A stretch of DNA of 64,000 nt from Enterobacter vonholyi (GTDB lineage Bacteria > Pseudomonadota > Gammaproteobacteria > Enterobacterales > Enterobacteriaceae). Where the stretch lies: NCBI RefSeq assembly GCF_008364555.1, contig NZ_VTUC01000008.1, forward strand, positions 1 to 64,000. Direction: 5' to 3'. Made by a program: the position numbers and the translations under genes. The notes below the pieces were generated by a model. That model did no database searches, was not told the origin of the DNA, and saw nothing but the letters and a program-made list of their open reading frames with translations. Within the stretch, counting starts at the first letter, position 1. Every line of letters begins with the position of its first letter. This document shows, in pieces, positions 38,776 to 49,064 of the stretch.

Positions 38776-40947
38776 TTACCGGCGGCGCAGCAGCCGGAGC
38801 GCGTTCGCCGTCACCAGCACCGTTGCCCCGGTATCCGCCAGCACCGCCAGCCACAGTCCGGTCATGCCGAGCAGGGTCGTCACCAGAAAAATCCCCTTCA
38901 GCCCGAGCGCGATGCCGATGTTCTGACGGATATTGGCTCGCGTTGCGCGCGCAAGATCGATCATCTGGGCCAGTCCGGTCAGGCGGTTGTGGGTCAGCGC
39001 CGCGTCGGCGGTCTCCAGCGCCACGTCAGTACCGCTACCCATCGCAATACCAATGGTGGACGCTTTCATCGCCGGGGCATCGTTAATCCCGTCACCGACC
39101 ATCGCCAGCGGAGCCTGAGCGTTCAGTTCCGTCACCGCGCTGACCTTATCCGCAGGCAGCAATCCGGCTTTAAACGCCAGCCCCAGCTCACCGGCAATCG
39201 CTGCCGCCGCGCGAGGGTTATCACCGGTGAGAATCACGCCCTTCACGCCCAGCTGACGCAGCGCCGCCACGGCCTCTTTTGCGTCATCGCGCAGGGTGTC
39301 GCGTAGCGCCAGCATCCCTTTTGCGGTGCCGTCCTGCATGACGGTCACGACAGTCTGTCCGGTCTGTTCTAACGTCTCCACCTCTGGAGTAGAAGACTTA
39401 CCCGCCGCGACAATCAGCACCTTTTTACCGTCAACGGTGGCCTCAATACCTGACCCTACCAGCGCCCGCTGGGCGGTTGCCGGAGGTATGTTTAGTCCGC
39501 GCGACTGCGCTTCACGCACAATCGCCTGCGCCAGCGGATGGGTGGAGCCCTGTTCAACGGCGGCGGCCAGGGTCAGCAGTTCATCCTCACTGATATCCTG
39601 CGGATACACGCCGGTCACCTGCGGCTTGCCCACGGTCAGCGTACCGGTTTTATCAAAGGCGATATGCTGGACCTGGCTGAGCTGCTCCAGCGCCGCGCCG
39701 CCCTTAATCAGCGCCCCGCGACGTGCCGCAGCCGCCAGACCGGACGTAATCGCCGCCGGGGTGGAAATCACCAGCGCGCATGGGCAGCCGATCAGAAGCA
39801 GCGTCAGCCCTTTATAAATCCAGCCCTCCCACGGCGCGCCAAAGAACAGCGGTGGGACGACGGTGACCAGCAGGGCAACCAGCATAATGGCGGGCGTGTA
39901 GATCCGGCTGAAGCGATCGATAAAGCGTTCGACCGGCGCGCGGCGCTCCTCAGCCTCTTCAATCAGCTTCAGGATACGGTCGATGGCGCTGTCACCCGGC
40001 TCGGAAAGCACGGTGAGCTGTACCAGACGGTCGACGCTGGTGGCGCCTGCAGGCACTTTTTCACCCGCGGCACGCTCTACTGGAATGGATTCCCCGGTCA
40101 GGGCGCTTTCATCAAAGCTTGCGGTGGCGGTAAGCAGCGCGCCGTCTGCAGGCAGGCGTCCGCCTGCCGCGACTTCTATCACGTCACCCGGACGCAGCGT
40201 AGTGATGGCGACCGTTTCACGCGTACCGTTTACCACGCGAATGGCGGTTTCCGGCTTCAGCGCCATCAGCGCGCTGACCCCTTTACGCGCCCGGCTCGCC
40301 GCCCAGCCCTCAAGACGTTCGCCGATTAAGAACAGCAGCAGCACCATCGCCGCTTCTGCCGTCGCGCCAATGAACAGCGCGCCGATGGCCGCCACGCTCA
40401 TCAGCGTTTCGATGGCAAACCAACTGCCGCTTTTCATCAGGCGCAGCGCCTGACGGGCAATCGGGAACAGACCGACCAGGGTGGTGGCGATAAACGCCAG
40501 ATTGCCGAACGGGTGGTTAATCTGCTCCAGACCCCAGCTCAGGGACATCATGATGATGAGGGTAATGAGCGGCAGGTTTTCTTTCAGGGAGGAGACTTTT
40601 TCAACGGGCGCCGTTTCGCTGCGCAGGGTATAACCCGCCTTGCTGACGGCGGCTTCAACCTGCTTGCTGACGTCTTTATCGGCGCTAACCAGCAGCTTTT
40701 CGGTGGCGAACAGCACCTGAACGTGACTCACGCCCGGCACCTGTTTGACGGCGTTTTCCACTTTGCGCGCGCAGGCGGCGCAGTCCATGCCGTTGACGAC
40801 CCAGCTGTAGCGGTTGCCGCTTTCAGGAAGGGGTTGAGTTTGCGTTTCGCACGCGCCTTCGCAGCAGCAGTCGTCTTTCGACGGAACCGGGCTGAGCTTA
40901 AGTGCCGAGAATTGAGGAACTTTTTTAGGTATTTCTGGAGTCGACAT
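38776..40947 (-). CDS. zntA: Zn(II)/Cd(II)/Pb(II)-translocating P-type ATPase
   Basis: ORF 38776..41016; start MSTPEIPKKVPQFSALKL... at 40947. CCCEGAC and GMDCAAC metal-binding motifs, CPC (LIGCPCALV), DKTGTLT, GDGINDAP; collinear with E. coli ZntA. Confidence 0.93.
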   Translation of the reverse strand: MSTPEIPKKVPQFSALKLSPVPSKDDCCCEGACETQTQPLPESGNRYSWVVNGMDCAACARKVENAVKQVPGVSHVQVLFATEKLLVSADKDVSKQVEAAVSKAGYTLRSETAPVEKVSSLKENLPLITLIIMMSLSWGLEQINHPFGNLAFIATTLVGLFPIARQALRLMKSGSWFAIETLMSVAAIGALFIGATAEAAMVLLLFLIGERLEGWAASRARKGVSALMALKPETAIRVVNGTRETVAITTLRPGDVIEVAAGGRLPADGALLTATASFDESALTGESIPVERAAGEKVPAGATSVDRLVQLTVLSEPGDSAIDRILKLIEEAEERRAPVERFIDRFSRIYTPAIMLVALLVTVVPPLFFGAPWEGWIYKGLTLLLIGCPCALVISTPAAITSGLAAAARRGALIKGGAALEQLSQVQHIAFDKTGTLTVGKPQVTGVYPQDISEDELLTLAAAVEQGSTHPLAQAIVREAQSRGLNIPPATAQRALVGSGIEATVDGKKVLIVAAGKSSTPEVETLEQTGQTVVTVMQDGTAKGMLALRDTLRDDAKEAVAALRQLGVKGVILTGDNPRAAAAIAGELGLAFKAGLLPADKVSAVTELNAQAPLAMVGDGINDAPAMKASTIGIAMGSGTDVALETADAALTHNRLTGLAQMIDLARATRANIRQNIGIALGLKGIFLVTTLLGMTGLWLAVLADTGATVLVTANALRLLRRR

Positions 40948-40984
40948 GGCAGTCTCCGGCAATGATAATTTTCTCATTAACCGC

Positions 40985-41016
40985 AGCATACACTCTGGAG
41001 TCGACTCCAGAGTCAA
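40985..41016 (-). promoter_or_regulatory. zntA promoter with ZntR (MerR-type) operator
   Basis: Perfect 22-bp palindrome ACTCTGGAGTCGACTCCAGAGT between -35 TTGACT and -10 (minus-strand reading CTTGACTCTGGAGTCGACTCCAGAGTGTATGCT), as in E. coli PzntA. Confidence 0.8.
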
Positions 41017-41023
41017 GCGCTAT

Positions 41024-41650
41024 TTAGATATACAGCGAACGCACAATCAGGAAATGCCCGGCAAAGTAACAGGCGGCGGCAATCGCGTTATCCGCCCGGA
41101 AGCGGCGGCGATAGTGGCTGCCCAGCCAGACGACGTTACCGATCAGCAGCAATGCGGCGCCGAAGAACGCTGACATCGCCGGAGCGGTCGGACGGAAGAA
41201 CCACAGTTCACCAGCCAGCCATACCATTACCAGCGTCATGGCGATAAACGTACAAACCGGCAAACGCATCTCTTCCAGACGCGACCAGATCACCGCGATC
41301 AGCAGGGCGCCAATCACCAGCAGGACCAGCGGCAGCGGCCAGAAGAAAGAGAGCGTCATCTGGCTGGCGAAGTAGATGGTATACAGCAGATGCGACAGGA
41401 AAAATGCCCCTACGGCATACAGCAGGCGCTGGCGCGGCAGCAGGGTCAGGGCATCGCCAATCAGAGAGGCGCACAGCCCGGCGAGCACCAGATAGCTGAC
41501 GGCGTTAAACATTGGCGCTTGCCAGGCCAGCAGCAGCAGGAGCAACAGCGTGACCGGTTTAAACAACCAGCGCTGCCAGGTGGGACCACGGTACGACGCA
41601 TCGACATAAAGCCATGCGGAAAAACAGACAGCGATAAATGACCAAAGCAT
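41024..41650 (-). CDS. yhhN: YhhN-family (lysoplasmalogenase-like) membrane protein
   Basis: 208 aa polytopic [44 protein letters not shown]...; adjacent to zntA as in E. coli. Confidence 0.8.
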   Translation of the reverse strand: MLWSFIAVCFSAWLYVDASYRGPTWQRWLFKPVTLLLLLLLAWQAPMFNAVSYLVLAGLCASLIGDALTLLPRQRLLYAVGAFFLSHLLYTIYFASQMTLSFFWPLPLVLLVIGALLIAVIWSRLEEMRLPVCTFIAMTLVMVWLAGELWFFRPTAPAMSAFFGAALLLIGNVVWLGSHYRRRFRADNAIAAACYFAGHFLIVRSLYI

Positions 41651-41779
41651 ATTAACTCCCTGTATCTGTTAAGCCTGAATAATCAGTTTCTGATCCAGTG
41701 TAGTGACGCGGGCGGGCGTTTGGCAATGGTAGGGAAGGCAAGGTATCCTGAATTCCGCATAATCTGATGGGATTTTTCA

Positions 41780-42136
41780 ATGAGCAAGATGCCGCTTTTT
41801 TTCATTATCGTGGTGGCGATTATCGTCATTGCCGCCTCGTTTCGTTTCGTGCAGCAGCGCCGCGAGAAGGCGGATAACGATGCTGCACCGCTGATGCAAA
41901 AGCGCGTGGTGGTGACGAACAAACGCGAAAAACCGCTCAACGACCGCCGCTCGCGCCAGCAGCAGGTGACGCCTGCGGGCACAACAATGCGCTATGAAGC
42001 GAGCTTTAAGCCGGAAACGGGCGGCCTTGAGATGACCTTCCGCCTGGAGGCGCAACAGTACCATCAGCTGACGGTGGGAGAGAAAGGAACGCTGAGCTAC
42101 AAAGGGTCGCGATTCGAAGGTTTTACGCCTGAATAA
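41780..42136 (+). CDS. yhhM: DUF2500 protein YhhM
   Basis: 118 aa with N-terminal TM MSKMPLFFIIVVAIIVIAASFRFVQQRREK... Confidence 0.7.
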   Translation: MSKMPLFFIIVVAIIVIAASFRFVQQRREKADNDAAPLMQKRVVVTNKREKPLNDRRSRQQQVTPAGTTMRYEASFKPETGGLEMTFRLEAQQYHQLTVGEKGTLSYKGSRFEGFTPE

Positions 42137-42149
42137 GGCGCGATCGGTT

Positions 42150-42184
42150 CCCTCTCCCTGTGGGAGAGGGCATCAGGCCGCACA
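42150..42184. repeat. REP palindromic unit
   Basis: CCCTCTCCCTGTGGGAGAGGGCATCAGGCCGCAC. Confidence 0.6.
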
Positions 42185-42466
42185 TTATTTCTTCACCTGC
42201 GCCTTAAACTTCTTCATCCACACCAGCAGCTCAAACACGCCGAAAATAAAGACGCGCAGCTGCTGCCAGCCCGTCATCTGCGGGCCGTCTTTCGGCAGGC
42301 CGTTTTTCAGCATCACCATCTGAAGGGCGTGCATAAACGACGTGAAAATCAGCGCCACGTTAACGAAAATGTTCATCGGGCGCGGGAACGGGTGCACCAG
42401 ATTCAGAATCAAGAACGCCCAGACGCCCAGCATCAGCAAGCGTCCCAGGTTAATCAGTACCGGCAT
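42185..42466 (-). CDS. yhhL: DUF1145 membrane protein YhhL
   Basis: Internal start MPVLINLGRLLMLGVWAFLILNLVHPFPRPMNIFVNVALIFTS... (~93 aa); the ORF-track 134-aa version is an upstream extension overlapping rsmD. Confidence 0.7.
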   Translation of the reverse strand: MPVLINLGRLLMLGVWAFLILNLVHPFPRPMNIFVNVALIFTSFMHALQMVMLKNGLPKDGPQMTGWQQLRVFIFGVFELLVWMKKFKAQVKK

Positions 42467-43052
42467 CGAATCCTCCTTGTGCCTGACGGTGATAAAGACG
42501 ATAAGCAACCTGACCTGCCACTTTTTCACGGTGCAGATCCCAGTGGGCGGGAACCGGCGGTAAACCGTTTTCCACTTCGCTTTCAACATAAATTAGCGCG
42601 TCATCCGCCAGCCAGCCGTTTTGCTCCAGCAGGGATAACGTCTCCTCCAGCAGCCCCTTGCGGAACGGCGGGTCGACAAACACCACGTTATGCGGCGTGC
42701 CCTTTTGCGCGAGGAAGCTCAGCGTGTTGGTGTTCACCACTTTGGCGTTGCTCGCCTTCAGCGTCGCCAGATTTTGCTGCAGCGTCTGCGCAACGCCGCG
42801 CTCCATCTCCAGCAGCGTGGCGCTGGCGGCATAGCGCGACAGCGCTTCCAGCCCGAGGGCGCCGCTTCCGGCGAAGCAGTCCAGGCAGTGGGCGTCTACC
42901 ATAGACGGAGCCAGCCAGTTAAACAGCGTCTCGCGCACGCGGTCGGTAGTTGGGCGTAAACCGGGGCTGTCCGGCACCGGTAATTTCCGGCCTCGCCACT
43001 GACCGCCGATAATACGAATTTGACCGGCCGGGGCGCGGTTGGGTTTCTTCAT
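42450..43052 (-). CDS. rsmD: 16S rRNA m2G966 methyltransferase
   Basis: 200 aa MKKPNRAPAGQIRIIGGQWRGRKLPVPDSPGLRPTTDRVRETLFNWL... ; DPPF motif (VFVDPPFRKG). Confidence 0.9.
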   Translation of the reverse strand: MKKPNRAPAGQIRIIGGQWRGRKLPVPDSPGLRPTTDRVRETLFNWLAPSMVDAHCLDCFAGSGALGLEALSRYAASATLLEMERGVAQTLQQNLATLKASNAKVVNTNTLSFLAQKGTPHNVVFVDPPFRKGLLEETLSLLEQNGWLADDALIYVESEVENGLPPVPAHWDLHREKVAGQVAYRLYHRQAQGGFDAGTD

Positions 43053-43179
43053 CTCAGGAAAGCTCTGTTAACAATTGGCCTGCGATTGCGGGCGGTGATG
43101 TCAATTAAGTAAAGTGTTAGACTATTTCATCATTTTTTTAGCTTCCATGTATATAGCGCCGCGAGGAGTGTAGTCGCAG

Positions 43180-44640
43180 ATGGCAAAACAAAAAAAACGT
43201 GGCTTCTTTTCCTGGCTGGGCTTCGGTGAAAAAGAGCAAGAAACAGAACAGAAAACCGAAGAGCAACAAGCCGTTGAAGAGCAGTCGCAGCCTGAAACGC
43301 CTGTAGAAACCGCCGCGGTTGTCGAAGCGGAAGAAACGGCGCACAGCAAAGAAGAGATTGAAACCTTTGCTGAAGAGGTGGTTGAAGTCACTGAACAGGT
43401 TCAGGAGAGCGAGAAGCCAGAACCGGTTGTCGTCGAAGCCGTTACCGAAGCGCCACAGGCCGCTATCGAACACGAAGAGCTTCCGCTGCCGGAAGAGGTC
43501 AAAGACGAAGCGGTGTCTGCCGAAGAGTGGCAGGCCGAAGCGGAAACCGTTGAAATCGTTGAGGCGGTCGAAGAAGAAGCGACGCTTGAGCCAGAGCTGA
43601 CCGACGAAGAGCTGGAAGCCCAGGCGCTGGCGGCGGAGGCAGCTGAAGAAGCGGTCATCGTTGTGCCGGTAGAAGAGCAGGCCGAAGACGAGATCGTTCA
43701 GGAGCAGGAAAAACCGACCAAAGAAGGTTTCTTCGCGCGCCTGAAGCGCAGCCTGCTTAAAACCAAAGAAAACTTAGGTTCCGGATTTATCAGTCTGTTC
43801 CGCGGCAAGAAGATCGACGACGATCTGTTTGAAGAGCTGGAAGAACAACTGCTGATTGCTGACGTTGGGGTAGAAACTACCCGTAAGATCATCGCCAATC
43901 TGACCGAAGGGGCGAGCCGCAAACAGCTGCGCGACGCCGAAGCGCTGTACGGTCTGCTGAAAGACGAGATGGGTGAAATTCTCGCAAAAGTTGACGAACC
44001 GCTTAATATTGAAGGCAAAACGCCATTTGTTATTCTGATGGTCGGCGTGAACGGCGTGGGTAAAACCACCACCATCGGCAAGCTGGCGCGCCAGTTCGAG
44101 CAGCAGGGCAAATCGGTGATGCTGGCGGCGGGCGATACCTTCCGTGCAGCGGCGGTTGAGCAGCTGCAGGTGTGGGGCCAGCGCAACAACATTCCGGTGA
44201 TTGCCCAGCATACCGGCGCGGATTCCGCGTCCGTGATCTTTGACGCTATCCAGGCGGCGAAGGCGCGCAACGTGGACGTGCTGATTGCCGATACCGCAGG
44301 GCGTTTGCAGAACAAATCGCACCTGATGGAAGAATTGAAGAAAATCGTTCGCGTCATGAAGAAGCTGGACGAAGACGCACCGCATGAAATTATGCTGACC
44401 ATTGATGCCAGCACCGGACAGAACGCCATCAGCCAGGCAAAGCTGTTCCATGAAGCGGTAGGACTGACGGGGATCACGCTGACCAAACTGGACGGCACCG
44501 CGAAAGGCGGGGTGATTTTCTCCGTGGCTGACCAGTTCGGCATTCCTATCCGTTACATCGGTGTGGGCGAGCGTATTGAGGATTTACGTCCGTTTAAGGC
44601 GGGCGACTTTATTGAGGCATTATTTGCCCGAGAGGACTAA
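43180..44640 (+). CDS. ftsY: signal recognition particle receptor
   Basis: 486 aa; acidic N-domain then NG domain GVNGVGKTTTIGKLA...DTAGR...TKLDGTAKGG. Confidence 0.95.
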   Translation: MAKQKKRGFFSWLGFGEKEQETEQKTEEQQAVEEQSQPETPVETAAVVEAEETAHSKEEIETFAEEVVEVTEQVQESEKPEPVVVEAVTEAPQAAIEHEELPLPEEVKDEAVSAEEWQAEAETVEIVEAVEEEATLEPELTDEELEAQALAAEAAEEAVIVVPVEEQAEDEIVQEQEKPTKEGFFARLKRSLLKTKENLGSGFISLFRGKKIDDDLFEELEEQLLIADVGVETTRKIIANLTEGASRKQLRDAEALYGLLKDEMGEILAKVDEPLNIEGKTPFVILMVGVNGVGKTTTIGKLARQFEQQGKSVMLAAGDTFRAAAVEQLQVWGQRNNIPVIAQHTGADSASVIFDAIQAAKARNVDVLIADTAGRLQNKSHLMEELKKIVRVMKKLDEDAPHEIMLTIDASTGQNAISQAKLFHEAVGLTGITLTKLDGTAKGGVIFSVADQFGIPIRYIGVGERIEDLRPFKAGDFIEALFARED

Positions 44641-44642
44641 CA

Positions 44643-45308
44643 ATGATTCGCTTTGAACACGTCAGCAAGGCCTATCTCGGTGGGAGACAAGCGCTGCAGG
44701 GGGTCACATTCCACCTGCAGCCAGGCGAGATGGCATTCCTGACCGGCCATTCCGGCGCGGGGAAAAGTACCCTGCTCAAGCTTATCTGTGGGATCGAGCG
44801 CCCAAGCGCCGGGAAGATCTTTTTCAGCGGCCATGAGATCAGCCGCCTGAAAAACCGTGAGGTGCCGTTCCTGCGTCGCCAGATCGGTATGATTTTCCAG
44901 GATCACCACCTGCTGATGGATCGCACCGTTTTCGATAACGTGGCCATTCCGCTGATTATTGCCGGCGCCAGCTATGACGATATCCGCCGCCGCGTCTCTG
45001 CGGCGCTGGATAAGGTCGGGCTACTGGACAAAGCGAAGAACTTCCCGATCCAGCTCTCCGGCGGTGAACAGCAGCGCGTGGGTATCGCCCGCGCGGTGGT
45101 GAACAAGCCTGCGGTGCTGCTGGCGGATGAACCGACCGGTAACCTGGACGATGCCCTGTCAGAAGGGATTTTGCGTCTGTTTGAGGAATTTAACCGCGTA
45201 GGGGTCACCGTATTGATGGCAACGCACGACATCGGGCTGATTTCCCGTCGTTCGTACCGCATGCTGACCCTGAGCGACGGTCATTTGCACGGAGGCCACG
45301 GTGAATAA
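44643..45308 (+). CDS. ftsE: cell-division ABC ATPase
   Basis: 221 aa [43 protein letters not shown]... Confidence 0.95.
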   Translation: MIRFEHVSKAYLGGRQALQGVTFHLQPGEMAFLTGHSGAGKSTLLKLICGIERPSAGKIFFSGHEISRLKNREVPFLRRQIGMIFQDHHLLMDRTVFDNVAIPLIIAGASYDDIRRRVSAALDKVGLLDKAKNFPIQLSGGEQQRVGIARAVVNKPAVLLADEPTGNLDDALSEGILRLFEEFNRVGVTVLMATHDIGLISRRSYRMLTLSDGHLHGGHGE

Positions 45309-46356
45309 GCGTGATGCAATAAACCAGATTCGGCAGTTCGGGAACCGGTTTGACCGTTTCCGTAAGCCGCAGGGCGGGGGGGACGGCAATCGTAATGCGC
45401 CGAAGCGCCAGAAGGCCGCGCCAAAACCGGCCTCCCGTAAAACCAACGTCTTTAACGAGCAGGTGCGCTACGCGTTCCACGGCGCGCTGCAGGACCTGAA
45501 AAGCAAACCGCTGGCGACGTTCCTGACGGTGATGGTGATTGCCATCTCCCTCACGCTTCCAAGCGTCTGCTATATGGTCTATAAAAACGTCAACCAGGCG
45601 GCCTCACAGTATTATCCGTCCCCGCAGATCACGGTCTATCTGGATAAAGCGCTCGACGATAACGCGGCGGCCCAGGTGGTTGGGCAAATTCAGGCCGAGC
45701 AGGGCGTAGAGAAGGTCAACTATCTCTCACGTGAAGACGCGCTGGGCGAGTTCCGTAACTGGTCTGGCTTTGGCGGCGCGCTGGATATGCTCGAAGAGAA
45801 CCCGCTGCCCGCCGTGGCGGTGGTAATCCCGAAGCTGGATTTCCAGGGGACCGATTCGCTTAACACCCTGCGCGATCGCATCACGCGCATTAAGGGCATT
45901 GATGAAGTGCGCATGGATGACAGCTGGTTTGCGCGCCTTTCTGCTCTCACCGGGCTGGTAGGCCGCGTCGCGGCGATGATTGGCGTGCTGATGGTGGCGG
46001 CGGTCTTCCTCGTCATCGGCAACAGCGTGCGCCTGAGCATTTTCGCCCGTCGCGATACCATCAACGTGCAAAAACTGATTGGTGCGACGGATGGTTTCAT
46101 CCTCCGTCCGTTCCTTTACGGCGGCGCACTGCTCGGTTTTTCCGGCGCATTTCTTTCACTGATATTGTCAGAAATTTTGGTGATGCGGCTTTCCTCTGCC
46201 GTGACTGAAGTGGCGCAGGTTTTCGGAACGAAGTTTGATATCAGTGGCTTAGGGTTCGATGAGTGCCTGTTACTGCTGCTGGTGTGTTCGATGATTGGGT
46301 GGGTGGCAGCGTGGCTGGCAACCGTTCAACATTTACGTCACTTTACTCCCGACTAA
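45301..46356 (+). CDS. ftsX: cell-division ABC permease-like protein
   Basis: 351 aa; overlaps ftsE by 8 nt; 4 TM segments at the C-terminus. Confidence 0.93.
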   Translation: MNKRDAINQIRQFGNRFDRFRKPQGGGDGNRNAPKRQKAAPKPASRKTNVFNEQVRYAFHGALQDLKSKPLATFLTVMVIAISLTLPSVCYMVYKNVNQAASQYYPSPQITVYLDKALDDNAAAQVVGQIQAEQGVEKVNYLSREDALGEFRNWSGFGGALDMLEENPLPAVAVVIPKLDFQGTDSLNTLRDRITRIKGIDEVRMDDSWFARLSALTGLVGRVAAMIGVLMVAAVFLVIGNSVRLSIFARRDTINVQKLIGATDGFILRPFLYGGALLGFSGAFLSLILSEILVMRLSSAVTEVAQVFGTKFDISGLGFDECLLLLLVCSMIGWVAAWLATVQHLRHFTPD

Positions 46357-46373
46357 TAAAAGCGTGATATAAT

Positions 46374-46410
46374 CTTTCCCTGCACCGAGATGTTCGCTCT
46401 GCAGGGAAAG
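46374..46410 (+). terminator. ftsX terminator / rpoH upstream hairpin
   Basis: CTTTCCCTGCA-N15-TGCAGGGAAAG, 11-bp stem, conserved in the E. coli ftsX-rpoH spacer. Confidence 0.6.
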
Positions 46411-46483
46411 CGTCCCTGTTGTCTCTTCCCCTGTTATCATCTCCATGTCACATTTTGTGCGTAATTTATTCACCGTTGCACCT

Positions 46484-46512
46484 GGAACTTGTGGATAAAA
46501 TCACTGTCTGAT
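46484..46512 (+). promoter_or_regulatory. rpoH P3 sigmaE-dependent promoter with overlapping DnaA box
   Basis: GGAACTT-N16-TCTGA; TGTGGATAA (complement of TTATCCACA) at 46491-46499. Confidence 0.65.
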
Positions 46513-46607
46513 AAAAGAGTGAATGCTAATCTCGTTGCTCAAACGCTTTGGCATGGTTGTTGCCTGACGGGGACAGCCTGGACCAGAAGAAATACTGAGA
46601 GGAATGA

Positions 46608-47465
46608 ATGACCAAAGAAATGCAAACTTTAGCTTTAGCCCCTGTTGGTAACCTGGAATCTTATATCCGGGCTGCGAACACCTGGCCGATGTTAACGGCC
46701 GAGGAAGAAAAGGAGCTTGCTGAAAAGCTGCATTACCAGGGCGATCTGGAAGCAGCGAAAAAGCTGATCCTGTCTCACCTGCGCTTTGTTGTTCACATTG
46801 CTCGTAATTATGCGGGCTATGGCCTGCCGCAGGCGGACTTGATTCAGGAAGGCAACATCGGCCTGATGAAGGCTGTGCGTCGCTTCAACCCGGAAGTGGG
46901 TGTGCGACTCGTCTCCTTCGCCGTACACTGGATCAAGGCAGAAATTCATGAATACGTGCTGCGCAACTGGCGTATCGTGAAAGTCGCCACGACAAAAGCG
47001 CAACGTAAACTGTTCTTCAACCTGCGTAAAACCAAGCAGCGTCTGGGCTGGTTCAATCAGGACGAAGTGGAAATGGTGGCGCGCGAGCTGGGCGTATCCA
47101 GCAAAGACGTGCGTGAGATGGAATCCCGTATGGCCGCGCAGGACATGACCTTTGATATGTCCTCCGACGATGACGCCTCCGACAGCCAGCCAATGGCGCC
47201 GGTTCTGTATCTGCAGGATAAAACCTCTAATTTTGCTGACGGCATCGAAGAGGACAACTGGGAAGATCAGGCCGCGAACAAGCTGACCCATGCGATGGAA
47301 GGCCTCGACGAACGTAGCCAGGATATTATCCGCGCCCGCTGGCTGGACGAAGACAACAAGTCCACGCTGCAGGAGCTGGCCGACCGCTACGGCGTCTCTG
47401 CAGAACGTGTGCGTCAGCTTGAAAAGAACGCCATGAAAAAACTTCGCGCCGCTATCGAAGCGTAA
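46608..47465 (+). CDS. rpoH: RNA polymerase sigma-32 (heat-shock sigma factor)
   Basis: 285 aa [73 protein letters not shown]... Confidence 0.97.
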   Translation: MTKEMQTLALAPVGNLESYIRAANTWPMLTAEEEKELAEKLHYQGDLEAAKKLILSHLRFVVHIARNYAGYGLPQADLIQEGNIGLMKAVRRFNPEVGVRLVSFAVHWIKAEIHEYVLRNWRIVKVATTKAQRKLFFNLRKTKQRLGWFNQDEVEMVARELGVSSKDVREMESRMAAQDMTFDMSSDDDASDSQPMAPVLYLQDKTSNFADGIEEDNWEDQAANKLTHAMEGLDERSQDIIRARWLDEDNKSTLQELADRYGVSAERVRQLEKNAMKKLRAAIEA

Positions 47466-47487
47466 TTTTCGCGAAGTACACCGAGAA

Positions 47488-47520
47488 CCCTCGAATGCAA
47501 ATTCGGGGGTTTTGTTTTTT
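47488..47520 (+). terminator. rpoH terminator
   Basis: CCCTCGAATGCAAATTCGGGGG + TTTTGTTTTTTT. Confidence 0.7.
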
Positions 47521-47601
47521 TAGCGCCCGCTCTGGCTAATTTCCTCCCCCTGGCAAACACTTACTGATGCGCTAAGCAGGCGACTTTCTCAGGGGGACAG
47601 G

Positions 47602-48867
47602 GTGAAAAATAACGAACTGAACGACCGGCGTTTACAGGCGACGCCGCGCGGCATCGGCGTGATGTGTAACTTCTATGCCGATAAAGCCGAAAACGCCACG
47701 GTGTGGGACGTGGAAGGCAATGAGTATATCGACTTCGCCGCTGGGATCGCGGTGCTGAATACCGGCCATCGCCATCCCAAAGTCATTTCCGCCATCGAAA
47801 AACAACTCCACGCGTTTACCCACACGGCCTACCAGATTTTGCCGTACGAAGGCTACGTGGCGCTTGCCGAGCGTATCAACGCACGCGTGCCCGTAGAAGG
47901 TCCTGCCAAAACGGCGTTCTTCTCGACGGGGGCTGAGGCGGTCGAAAACGCGGTCAAAATTGCGCGCGCCTATACCAAACGTCCTGGCCTTATCACCTTC
48001 GGCGGCGCGTTCCACGGCCGCACCTTTATGACCATGGCGCTGACCGGCAAAGTTGCGCCGTACAAGCTCGGCTTCGGACCCTTCCCCGGCTCGGTTTACC
48101 ACGCGCAGTATCCGAATGACCTGCACGGCGTCAGCACCGCTGAGGCGTTAAAAAGCCTGGAACGTATCTTTAAAGCAGATATTGCTCCTGACCAGGTCGC
48201 GGCGATTATTCTCGAACCGGTTCAGGGAGAGGGCGGTTTCAACATTGCGCCTGCTGATTTTATGCAGGCTCTTCGCGCCCTGTGCGATACCCACGGTATT
48301 TTGCTGATTGCTGACGAGGTGCAAAGCGGCTTCGCCCGCACCGGCAAGCTTTTCTCGATGGAACACCACTGCGTGAAGCCGGACCTGATCACCATGGCAA
48401 AAAGCCTGGCGGGCGGGATGCCGCTCTCTGCGGTATCGGGCCGTGCCGACGTGATGGACGCGCCTGCGCCGGGCGGGCTGGGCGGCACCTACGCGGGCAA
48501 TCCGCTGGCGATTGCCGCAGCGCACGCGGTGCTGGACGTGATTGACGAGGAAGATCTCTGCACGCGCTCGGCGCATCTCGGCCATCACCTGGTTGAAGTG
48601 CTCAACAAAGCCAAGGAACACTGCCCGTATATCGCTGACATTCGCGGGCAGGGCTCGATGGTGGCGGTAGAGTTTAACGACCCGCAAACGGGTCAGCCTT
48701 CGCCGGAATTTACCCGTGAGGTGCAGGAGCGCGCGTTGCAGGAAGGGCTGCTTCTTCTGAGCTGCGGCGTCTACGGCAACGTCATTCGTTTCCTCTATCC
48801 GCTGACTATCCCTGAAGCGCAGTTCCGTAAAGCGCTGGACATTATCTCCGCGTCGCTGACACGTTAA
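47602..48867 (+). CDS. class-III PLP aminotransferase, 4-aminobutyrate aminotransferase family (PuuE/GabT-like)
   Basis: 421 aa (GTG start); ...DFAAGIAVLNTGHRHPKV...FHGRT...ADEVQSGFARTGKLF...TMAKSLAGG... closest by recall to E. coli PuuE; no gene at this position in E. coli K-12. Confidence 0.8.
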   Translation: MKNNELNDRRLQATPRGIGVMCNFYADKAENATVWDVEGNEYIDFAAGIAVLNTGHRHPKVISAIEKQLHAFTHTAYQILPYEGYVALAERINARVPVEGPAKTAFFSTGAEAVENAVKIARAYTKRPGLITFGGAFHGRTFMTMALTGKVAPYKLGFGPFPGSVYHAQYPNDLHGVSTAEALKSLERIFKADIAPDQVAAIILEPVQGEGGFNIAPADFMQALRALCDTHGILLIADEVQSGFARTGKLFSMEHHCVKPDLITMAKSLAGGMPLSAVSGRADVMDAPAPGGLGGTYAGNPLAIAAAHAVLDVIDEEDLCTRSAHLGHHLVEVLNKAKEHCPYIADIRGQGSMVAVEFNDPQTGQPSPEFTREVQERALQEGLLLLSCGVYGNVIRFLYPLTIPEAQFRKALDIISASLTR

Positions 48868-48875
48868 AGCCACAT

Positions 48876-48899
48876 GCCCGGCGGTAAATCCTGCCGGGC
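48876..48899 (+). terminator. aminotransferase gene terminator hairpin
   Basis: GCCCGGC-GGTAAATCCT-GCCGGGC. Confidence 0.5.
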
Positions 48900-49064
48900 T
48901 TATCATATATTCATTTCAAATTAGCTATTCCAAAATCATAAAAATCGGGTATGTTTTAGCAGAGTATGCTGAAAAAGCGCGGACAGCACACCTATAACTG
49001 ACATAAAGCGCTGCACAACAACATCACAACAATCGTAATAACCATAATAATGGGGAATCTCAGG

